From: Cyclobacteriaceae bacterium
GTDB taxonomy: Bacteria > Bacteroidota > Bacteroidia > Cytophagales > Cyclobacteriaceae
DNA: 24,572 bases
Assembly: GCA_036515095.1 (NCBI GenBank)
Contig: DATBVZ010000665.1
Coordinates: forward strand, 1-24,572
Direction: 5' to 3'
The position numbers and the translations under genes are program-made. Below the pieces are notes generated by a model. That model was not told the origin of the DNA. It did no database searches and was given only the letters and a program-made list of their open reading frames with translations. Of the stretch, positions 1-7,514 are shown in pieces (positions within the stretch are counted from its first letter, which is position 1; each line of letters begins with the position of its first letter).

Positions 1-195
1 GATTTCCCCTTCATTGCTGAAACTCGTTAGATCCGATCTGAAGGTAATCAGAATTTGGCGAAAATTTTGGGATATGCCTGTTGTGTGGGTGGGGGTGACG
101 GTGCCAGAGGTTATTGGCATAATGGGATTATGCCGTTCAGCAGTCTGGCGGAATGCGTGTGCCGGATATTCATCTTCCCTCACCTGTCACAAAAA

Positions 196-228
196 CTTGC
201 ACTACTCCAACAACTTCCTGTAAATTCG
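196..228 (+). promoter_or_regulatory. Putative Bacteroidota sigma70-type promoter for cimA (-33 TTG / -7 TAAATTCG)
   Basis: TTG at 197-199, a 21-nt spacer, then TAAATTCG at 221-228 (7/8 match to TAnnTTTG). It lies about 87 nt upstream of the proposed ATG at 315. Confidence 0.5.
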
Positions 229-314
229 CAGTTCTGATATTCAAAACAGCCCTGATTTGCTGGTTTGCACGAAAACAAGCTGGAGAGAGACGGGAAAATG
301 AACCGGAAAGCCAC

Positions 315-1832
315 ATGTACATCGAAATAATGGATACCACCTTGCGGGACGGGGAGCAGACATCCGGGGTGTCGTACTCGGCAACGGAGAAGCTCAATAT
401 AGCTAAAATGTTGCTGGAAGAGGTGAAAGTTGATCGCATTGAAGTGGCCTCTGCCCGCATTTCCGAAGGCGAATTTGAAGCCGCCGGCAAGATCGTCAGG
501 TGGGCAAAGGATAATGGTCTTCTCGATAAAATTGAGATCCTGGGTTTTGTGGACGACAATCGCTCGCTGGACTGGATTAACAGCGCCGGTGGCAAGGTGA
601 TCAACCTTCTGTGTAAAGGATCATTAAAGCATCTGCAGGGTCAGCTCAGAAAAACGCCCGAACAACACGTCAGTGATATCCGGAAGGCTATTGCATACGC
701 CGGGGTGTTGGATATAAAAGTGAACGTATATTTTGAGGACTGGTCGAATGGCATGCGAAATTCGCCGGACTATGTTTTCTTCCTCGTCAACGAACTCCGC
801 AATGAGAATATCCGGCGGTTCATGTTACCCGATACGCTGGGCGTGCTGAATCCTGACGAAGCCTTCACCTTTGTAAAGCAAATGGTGGAACGATTTCCGG
901 AATTAGGATTCGATCTCCATGCGCACAACGATTATGACCTCTCTGTTGCCAATTGCTTTGCCGGCGTGAAGGCAGGTGCCACCGGGCTTCATGTTACGGT
1001 GAACGGGCTGGGCGAGCGGGCAGGCAATACCCCATTGTCGAGTGTCGTGGCATTGTTGAAAGATCATCTCCATGCGGATTTTTCTGTGGATGAGACCAAA
1101 CTCTATGCAGTCAGCAAGCTGGTAGAGATATTCTCCGGTATAAGTGTGCCCAACAACAAACCTGTCATTGGCGAAAATGTCTTCACGCAGACCTGTGGTG
1201 TGCATGCGGATGGCGACAGCAAGGCAAACCTGTATCACAACGACCTGATGCCGGAACGGTTCGGCCGGACGCGCAAATACGCTTTAGGCAAAACCTCCGG
1301 TAACGCGAGTATCAAAAAGAACCTGGAAGAGCTCGGTATAGAACTTGACCCCGAGGCGCTGAAGAAGGTGACACAGCGCGTTGTCGAGCTCGGTGACAAA
1401 AAGGAGAACATCACCACGGAAGACCTTCCCTATATCATATCGGATGTGCTGGGAAGGGAACTGTTTCAGGAAAAGATCCGGATCCGGAATTACTACTCCA
1501 GTCACGTGTACAACCTTAAGCCGGTGTCAACGCTCAGCATCGAGATTGATGGGCACGTGTATGAAGCCACCTCAACGGGAGATGGCCAGTACGATGCATT
1601 CATGCAGGCCGTGAAGTCCATTTATGACCGCCTGAACAAGCGTCTTCCGCAGTTGGTGGATTACAGGATCTCGATTCCTCCGGGAGGTCGCACGGACGCT
1701 TTCGTGGAAACCATTATTACATGGGAAATGGATGACCGGCAATTCAAAACCCGCGGATTCGAAGCCGATCAGCAGGCCGCCGCAATTACGGCCACGCTGA
1801 AAATGTTGAACCTGATCGAAGGCAAAAATTAG
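315..1832 (+). CDS. cimA: (R)-citramalate synthase, Leptospira/Bacteroidota type (DRE-TIM + LeuA-like regulatory domain)
   Basis: Motifs DTTLRDGEQ, YFEDWSNG, LPDTLGVL, HAHNDYDL, NGLGERAGN, GVHADG and ERFGRTRKYALGK are characteristic of Leptospira-type CimA rather than LeuA. Start moved to ATG 315 (MYIEIMDTT); the ORF-track extension from 153 overlaps the promoter. Confidence 0.88.
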   Translation: MYIEIMDTTLRDGEQTSGVSYSATEKLNIAKMLLEEVKVDRIEVASARISEGEFEAAGKIVRWAKDNGLLDKIEILGFVDDNRSLDWINSAGGKVINLLCKGSLKHLQGQLRKTPEQHVSDIRKAIAYAGVLDIKVNVYFEDWSNGMRNSPDYVFFLVNELRNENIRRFMLPDTLGVLNPDEAFTFVKQMVERFPELGFDLHAHNDYDLSVANCFAGVKAGATGLHVTVNGLGERAGNTPLSSVVALLKDHLHADFSVDETKLYAVSKLVEIFSGISVPNNKPVIGENVFTQTCGVHADGDSKANLYHNDLMPERFGRTRKYALGKTSGNASIKKNLEELGIELDPEALKKVTQRVVELGDKKENITTEDLPYIISDVLGRELFQEKIRIRNYYSSHVYNLKPVSTLSIEIDGHVYEATSTGDGQYDAFMQAVKSIYDRLNKRLPQLVDYRISIPPGGRTDAFVETIITWEMDDRQFKTRGFEADQQAAAITATLKMLNLIEGKN

Positions 1833-2081
1833 CCACAGACACGCACCACCATCATCGGTTTTACAGCAATGGTTAAGGTTTGATTCAAACCCTCTAATTG
1901 ACTGTGGCTTTCATTTTCTTTATGCGATATCATCCATAATGGTTCACGGTGTGGGAGAGATGCAGAGCGGGTTGCTAAGGCAATTGCATTGAGGAGGAGG
2001 GGAGTTGGGGTGGGGGGTAGAGCCCTGTTTCGGGCAATGCGACAAATCTGTTAGATTGCATGCCGCTATCCATGATCAAGT

Positions 2082-3992
2082 ATGAAGGAGTTGTATGCTT
2101 TTCGCAGGGTAACAAATTGTCTCGTTGCGATCGCGTTACTTTTCGTGTGTGTTGGGCGGGTTGCTTCGCAGGGTAACAATTCGGGAAGTCCTTACCAGGA
2201 TCTTTCGCATTTCAGCCACGTATTCGGGAGGGAAAAACACTACCGGCTGTATTTGCCGAAAGGATATCAACAGGGGAGTCATCGTTACCCGGTGATCTAT
2301 TTCTTCCATGGCTGGGGCGGACGTCACTATATGGACCCAAGTGCAAAGCTGGAGTACGGAATGATCAAAGACCTGGTCGATACGTATCGGGCTATCCTGG
2401 TGATGTGGGACGGCAATTATGAGGAAGAACAGCCACGTCCGTACAATATGGGTTATCATGAAAACATCACCTCAGAAATCCAGATGAAGGATTATTTTCT
2501 TGAACTGGTGGCGCACGTGGACTCGACTTACCGGACACATGCGGATCGCGAACACCGCGGCATTATCGGTTTCAGCATGGGAGGAATGATGTCGTGGTTC
2601 CTGGCGGGAAAATATCCCGACAAGGTTTGCGCAGCAGTGAATATGACGGGAAGTCCGGAGTTTTTCATAGGCTACCCCGATAATCATACGCTTCTTCCAC
2701 TTCGCTACGCGTTCAAAAACCTGAAAGATGTGAGGATACGATTGCACAACAGCACCAACGGCGAACTCGCACACCTCAATGGAGAAGTCAATAAGGGCGC
2801 GCAATGGGAACGCGGCCTTGCTTATTCCTATGAACAGTTCCGCGGCGGTCACATGGTTGACGATCCCGGTGAGACAAAGGTATTCGAGACGGCGATGAAC
2901 TATGTTGTTGACGCATTTCGCCATCCGTTACCCAGGTCCGATCGCTGGTGGCATTATGATTTTTATCCTGAATTTGAAGTGTGGAATTACGCAGTCAGAA
3001 CCGACAAAAAGGAACCCGGCTTCGTGGTACTGAAGGGCGTTTCAAAAAGTGGTTTCGGAATTACCAGCATGAGATGGTTACCCGACGGCCCTCCCATTGG
3101 AGGACTGACAGCCCACGTGACGACAGCGCCTCTGTACGACATCAACACTACCTATAACGTTGTTGAATATTCTGTGAAATCCGGAAAGACGACCAAAACC
3201 ATAGCGAAATCTGACGGGGCAGGGAGATTGGAGCTTAGTTTCAATGAGGGTACTGAAGCTGGAATTTTCAAAGAGGGGGAATCAGCTGACCTCGTTGTTG
3301 TCGCTTACCAGATCGAGGGCAACAAACGCTTCTTGCGGACAGGGCGGGAGAGCGAGCTTACCGTCACGGTATTTAATCGTGGAGGACAACCGGCCAAGCA
3401 AGTTGAGGTGGAGTTGAATCCACAGGAAGGAGCTTCATTTTCGGTGGTGAACAAGACAGTCACCGTTGGAATGGGAGAAAAAGAACGCGTCGCGTCAGTG
3501 CCATTCCGGGTCCGTACTGACAAGGTTCCTCCGACCCACGCTGAGCCGGCGTGGATCAGGATTGGGGTTACGATGAAATCGGGAACGCGCTCATTTGAAG
3601 ATGAACTGGTCCTGCCCGTTTTTTTTGATGTGCCGCCGTTCGAAGAAGTTATTGTAGATGATGGCCGCGTCATCCGCGACAAGGCCTACGGGGAGGGTAA
3701 TGGTGATGGTGTGCCCGCGGCGGGGGAGGCGGTAATGCTTTATGCAGGTGACCATCGGCTAAGGCTTTATACGGATGATCCGTATGTCGATACGGAATCC
3801 GAAAGGCTGGCCGATGAGGTGATACCATCCAGATGGCCGGATGGCTTCAGCCTGAGTTCCATCATAAAGATCAGCGAAAACTGCCCGGCTGGGCACGTTA
3901 TCGAATTTCTGGCCAGCTACGACACCAAGGAATTCGAAACCATCGAAAGAAAGGTAACCTGGCGGACTGTCTCACTCCGGGTGGAGGAATAG
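2082..3992 (+). CDS. Secreted esterase (alpha/beta-hydrolase, PF00756/CE1-like) with long beta-rich C-terminal domains
   Basis: N-terminal signal peptide, YRLYLPKGY..YPVIYFFHGWGG, nucleophile elbow GFSMGG and a candidate catalytic His in GGHM. The C-terminal ~350 aa are Ig-like/beta-rich and include GNGDGVPAAGE. Confidence 0.75.
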   Translation: MKELYAFRRVTNCLVAIALLFVCVGRVASQGNNSGSPYQDLSHFSHVFGREKHYRLYLPKGYQQGSHRYPVIYFFHGWGGRHYMDPSAKLEYGMIKDLVDTYRAILVMWDGNYEEEQPRPYNMGYHENITSEIQMKDYFLELVAHVDSTYRTHADREHRGIIGFSMGGMMSWFLAGKYPDKVCAAVNMTGSPEFFIGYPDNHTLLPLRYAFKNLKDVRIRLHNSTNGELAHLNGEVNKGAQWERGLAYSYEQFRGGHMVDDPGETKVFETAMNYVVDAFRHPLPRSDRWWHYDFYPEFEVWNYAVRTDKKEPGFVVLKGVSKSGFGITSMRWLPDGPPIGGLTAHVTTAPLYDINTTYNVVEYSVKSGKTTKTIAKSDGAGRLELSFNEGTEAGIFKEGESADLVVVAYQIEGNKRFLRTGRESELTVTVFNRGGQPAKQVEVELNPQEGASFSVVNKTVTVGMGEKERVASVPFRVRTDKVPPTHAEPAWIRIGVTMKSGTRSFEDELVLPVFFDVPPFEEVIVDDGRVIRDKAYGEGNGDGVPAAGEAVMLYAGDHRLRLYTDDPYVDTESERLADEVIPSRWPDGFSLSSIIKISENCPAGHVIEFLASYDTKEFETIERKVTWRTVSLRVEE

Positions 3993-4080
3993 TCGCGCAC
4001 TTATCTCCCGGCACAATATTCTTGGCGTGTTTCCGGATAATATGTACATTCAAAAACCTAAAAACTTAACGTCATTAGTT

Positions 4081-4683
4081 ATGAAAGCGCTTCTTTCATG
4101 TGTTGCAACTGTGGCTATCCTGGTAACCCTGCAGGGCTTTGATCAGAATGATGGCTGGATCACCTTGTTCGATGGTAAAACCCTCAAGGGTTGGAAAGTG
4201 AATGAAAATCCCGGAACGTTCACCGTTGCTGACGGCATGATCGTAGCCTTTGGACCCAGGGCTCATCTTTTCTATGATGGGGAGGTCATGGACCATACGT
4301 TTAACGACTTTGAATGGAAGGCAGATGTAATGACCACACCGGGCTCCAACTCGGGAATGTATGTACACACCGCGTTCCTTGAGGAGGGATGGCCTTCGAA
4401 GGGCATTGAGATTCAGGTGAACAACTCACACAGCGACTGGCGCAGAACGGGCAGTGTGTATGCCTTGCAGGATGTCAAAGAGCCGCCTGCCAAAGACAAC
4501 GAATGGTTCACTCAGCACATTATAGTGAAAGGCAACACGATCACTGTAAAGGTAAACGGCAAGACCATCAACAAATACACCGACGCGGAAGGAAAGTTAA
4601 GCGGAGGTACGATAGCCTTGCAGGGTCATGACCCGGCGAGCAAAGTATTCTATAAGAATATTATGGTCCGGATGAGTAAATAA
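4081..4683 (+). CDS. DUF1080 (3-keto-disaccharide hydrolase/hydratase family) secreted protein
   Basis: WITLFDGKTLKGW, NSGMY, IEIQV, TGSVY and GTIALQGHDP motifs. ATG 4081 gives a clean signal peptide (MKALLSCVATVAIL); ATG 4042 is an alternative start. Confidence 0.88.
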   Translation: MKALLSCVATVAILVTLQGFDQNDGWITLFDGKTLKGWKVNENPGTFTVADGMIVAFGPRAHLFYDGEVMDHTFNDFEWKADVMTTPGSNSGMYVHTAFLEEGWPSKGIEIQVNNSHSDWRRTGSVYALQDVKEPPAKDNEWFTQHIIVKGNTITVKVNGKTINKYTDAEGKLSGGTIALQGHDPASKVFYKNIMVRMSK

Positions 4684-4685
4684 GG

Positions 4686-4713
4686 TTGAAGATTGAAGGG
4701 TTGAATAGTTGAA
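4686..4713 (+). repeat. Short tandem repeat with TTGAA core, 4 copies at 7-8 bp period, directly after the DUF1080 stop
   Basis: TTGAA at 4686, 4693, 4701 and 4709. Confidence 0.75.
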
Positions 4714-4731
4714 TAGAAGTTAAAATTAAAA

Positions 4732-6492
4732 GTGTTAGTAATCCCAAAACTTTCTGGTTTGGCGAAAGCGTTTTGCCGGCTTTGCCTATTGCCTGCTGCC
4801 CATTACCTACTCCTCATTGCCTACTGCCTGCTGTTATCGGGTTGTAATACAGCTTCAACCTCCGAGCATGAAATTGCCACCGATTCCGTTTCCATTGCAA
4901 ATGGACGTCAGTTGTTCGATCGCGATTGCAGTTCGTGCCATAACTTCAGACAGGATGGGATCGGTCCGCAACTGACAGGTATAGCTGGAGAAGTTTCCGC
5001 GGATTGGTTGCGCAGTTTTATCAGGAACCCGCAGGAGGTAATCAATTCCGGGGATGCACGCGCGCAAACACTGTTCACATCGTATCGTACGATCATGCCT
5101 TCATTTGCGCATTACTCGGACGAAGACGTCAACATGGTCATCGCATTTTTGAATTCCCGCAAGGAAAGGCCGGAGAGACGGCGCACCCGCAATCCGGATG
5201 CACTGGAAGATCCGATTCCTGAGGCCATACCCATGTCCGACCTGGTCGTGGGACTTGAAGAGATCACACAGATACCGCCTTCAGCCGAACCCCCTTTGCG
5301 CACCCGGATCGCCAAGCTCGACTTCAGGCCGGATACAAAGGAATTGTTCATGCTGGATCTGAGAGGCAAGCTTTATTATCTGGATAATGACCAGCCAGAA
5401 GTCTACATGGACATGGCAGCGGTACGGCCTGCCTTTATCAACACACCCGGACTGGCAACAGGTTTCGGCAGTTTTGCCTTTCATCCGGAATTCGGCAAGA
5501 ACGGGCTTCTGTACACCACGCACACCGAAGGCCCCGGGTCGGGAATAGCTGACTTCAGTTATAACGATTCTATTAAGGTCCTGCTTCAATGGGTGCTTAC
5601 CGAATGGAAGACGGATAAGCCGGAGGCCATTCCTTTTTCAGGGAAAGGGCGCGAGCTATTCCGGATCAACATGGTGCATTCGTTTCATGGGGTTCAGGAG
5701 ATAACCTTCAATCCCTTGTCGAAACCAGGCAGTGAAGACTATGGCCTGCTTTATATCGGGATCGGCGACGGATCCAGCGTGGAATTTGGATATCCGTTCC
5801 TGGTCCACTCCACGTCAACCATATGGGGAAGCATTGTTCGGATAGATCCGGCAGGAAGGAACAGCGCGAACGGGCAATACGGTATCCCCAGGACAAATCC
5901 CTTTGCCGGAAACAAAAAACCGAACGTACTTGGTGAGATCTACGCCTACGGTTTCAGGAATCCCCACCGGATAACCTGGAGCAGGTCGGGTCAGATGCTG
6001 GCGTCGAATATAGGCCACCACAATATCGAATCGCTGAACCTCATTCTTCCCGGTCACGATTACGGCTGGCACATCCGTGAGGGCACCTTCGTGATGGATG
6101 CCTACACTAACATGAGCGACGTGTTTGCATTGCCGCCTGATGACTCTATCTATCACGTTACCTATCCGGTAGCCCAATATGATCATGATGAAGGTAATGC
6201 GATTTCCGGCGGATATGAGTATTGGGGGAAGGTGGTCCCTGAACTGATAGGCAAATACATTTTCGGTGATATCGTTAGCGGCCGCTTGTTTTATGTAGAG
6301 ATGAACGACCTGAAGTTGGGAAGCCAGGCGCCCATCCGCGAATTCCAGGTCTCCCTCAACGGCGAACGGAAGACCTTCCCGCAAATTTGCGGGAATAACC
6401 GTGTCGACCTTAGATTCGGCCGCGACGCGCAGGGGGAGCTCTATGTTTTTACCAAACCGGACGGGAAGGTATACAAAATAATGAGTGAATGA
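4732..6492 (+). CDS. Lipoprotein: N-terminal cytochrome c fused to a PQQ-dependent glucose/sorbosone dehydrogenase (GSDH) beta-propeller
   Basis: Lipobox LLSGC, haem motif CSSCH with a downstream Met (IMPSF), and GSDH motifs YIGIGDG and IYAYGFRNPHRITW. GTG start; the exact start is uncertain. Confidence 0.85.
   Translation: MLVIPKLSGLAKAFCRLCLLPAAHYLLLIAYCLLLSGCNTASTSEHEIATDSVSIANGRQLFDRDCSSCHNFRQDGIGPQLTGIAGEVSADWLRSFIRNPQEVINSGDARAQTLFTSYRTIMPSFAHYSDEDVNMVIAFLNSRKERPERRRTRNPDALEDPIPEAIPMSDLVVGLEEITQIPPSAEPPLRTRIAKLDFRPDTKELFMLDLRGKLYYLDNDQPEVYMDMAAVRPAFINTPGLATGFGSFAFHPEFGKNGLLYTTHTEGPGSGIADFSYNDSIKVLLQWVLTEWKTDKPEAIPFSGKGRELFRINMVHSFHGVQEITFNPLSKPGSEDYGLLYIGIGDGSSVEFGYPFLVHSTSTIWGSIVRIDPAGRNSANGQYGIPRTNPFAGNKKPNVLGEIYAYGFRNPHRITWSRSGQMLASNIGHHNIESLNLILPGHDYGWHIREGTFVMDAYTNMSDVFALPPDDSIYHVTYPVAQYDHDEGNAISGGYEYWGKVVPELIGKYIFGDIVSGRLFYVEMNDLKLGSQAPIREFQVSLNGERKTFPQICGNNRVDLRFGRDAQGELYVFTKPDGKVYKIMSE
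4782..4830 (+). repeat. Seven tandem degenerate heptamers (consensus YTGCCTR) inside the signal-peptide coding region
   Basis: TTGCCTA TTGCCTG CTGCCCA TTACCTA CTCCTCA TTGCCTA CTGCCTG. Confidence 0.8.
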
Positions 6493-6516
6493 GTGAATGA
6501 GTGAATGAGCGAATGG
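6481..6516 (+). repeat. Octamer tandem repeat (ATGAGTGA)3 ATGAGCGA ATGG overlapping the GSDH stop codon
   Basis: Read directly. A 23-bp identical stretch recurs at 23365-23387. Confidence 0.9.
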
Positions 6517-6999
6517 AAGCTGAGTAAACTTTCCCCAGTGGACCATTCCGTAAAGCTTCCGGGCAAGCGTCAACGATACCCGAACACACCCGCCGGCGCT
6601 TTACGAAAACGGTCTTTTTGAGTTCCCACCAGGCAGTACAGTTTCCAGGCGCAATGCACTATGCCGGAGACCTTCGTGGAATTGTGGTGGCAGCTGGAAA
6701 CAAGGCAGAACATCACATTTTAGGTTAATGAAAGGCCAAGAAAGACACTGGTGATAGCCAGTGACATTGTGTTCTATGCGAATTTGTTGCCACAAATTCG
6801 GCTTACGGATTTTGACGCCTCAGATGCGATCACGGTTACAAAATTGTTCGATAAAGAGACAAAGGTGATCGAAAATGACACAGCGAATACGTCCCGGAGT
6901 CGGAAGAGTTTGTGAAGACCCGCGACTGATACCGAAATGGCAACAGATCACTTCCGGGGGTCATTCCGTGAATTTAGCGAAAGTGAACAATGGTGGCCG

Positions 7000-7371
7000 T
7001 TAATCCAGCGAGGTGCTGTAAATAACGTTCGATTCGTTGTAACCGGTAAGCAACTTCTCAAAATTCACAGCGCTATTGTCAAGCCTGTTCCCATTGCAGT
7101 CGTACAGTATGCATCCAAGACAACTCATGATCCAGGGCTGATGCATGATAACAGTAGCCCCATCAACCTGAATAGCATAGATGTTCCCCTGAAGCGATAC
7201 CTCGTGTTCTGATCGTTGAATCAATTCGTGAAGCCAGTCCAGCTGGTCAGGCGAACTACCGCACTTGTTGCTGGCTCTGAATAGCGCAGCCCTGGTTTCG
7301 TCATCGTAGATATCATCAGCGGTGCACGATAGGAAGATCACGAGACAGAACAGGCAGGTTTTGAGTAGCAT
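7000..7371 (-). CDS. Small Cys-rich hypothetical lipoprotein
   Basis: Lipobox FLSC (Cys16) followed by an acidic patch TADDIYDDE. The mature part has four Cys (KCG, SCLGC, YDCNG). Confidence 0.75.
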   Translation of the reverse strand: MLLKTCLFCLVIFLSCTADDIYDDETRAALFRASNKCGSSPDQLDWLHELIQRSEHEVSLQGNIYAIQVDGATVIMHQPWIMSCLGCILYDCNGNRLDNSAVNFEKLLTGYNESNVIYSTSLD

Positions 7372-7412
7372 GGCGGGTGGTTTAGGGCTTGTACCCGATT
7401 AGACACGGAAAC

Positions 7413-7468
7413 ACGGTGTATTGGTTGGAATCCCGGGCCGTACATCCGGGATTTGGAATGGACACCGT
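7413..7468. other. Imperfect inverted repeat (possible terminator/RNA stem) between the permease stop and the lipoprotein start
   Basis: AATCCCGG (7429-7436) pairs with CCGGGATT (7446-7453) around a 9-nt loop; outer ACGGTGT (7413-7419) pairs with ACACCGT (7462-7468). No clear U-tract. Confidence 0.45.
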
Positions 7469-7514
7469 ATTCCCGAATTCCGGTTCAACCAGGCTGGCGA
7501 TCTGAGAAGGCAAC

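Noticed and set aside
1-314. ORFs 14..223, 55..237, the 153-314 extension of cimA, and an open minus-strand frame from about 183 to the window edge
   Set aside because: No recognisable motifs, and they overlap the likely cimA promoter. The minus frame could be a gene start but cannot be supported.
6481-6516. Tandem repeats considered as CRISPR or phage-type arrays
   Set aside because: The units are 7-8 bp with no spacers, and there are no cas genes in the window.
5815-6573. 252-aa minus-strand ORF
   Set aside because: Antisense shadow of the GSDH gene; its HSLIHSFTH stretch is only the octamer repeat read backwards.
6541-6660. CCACTG/GGGAA fragments reminiscent of a cobalamin riboswitch
   Set aside because: The core elements are not in the required order or spacing, and no suitable downstream gene exists.
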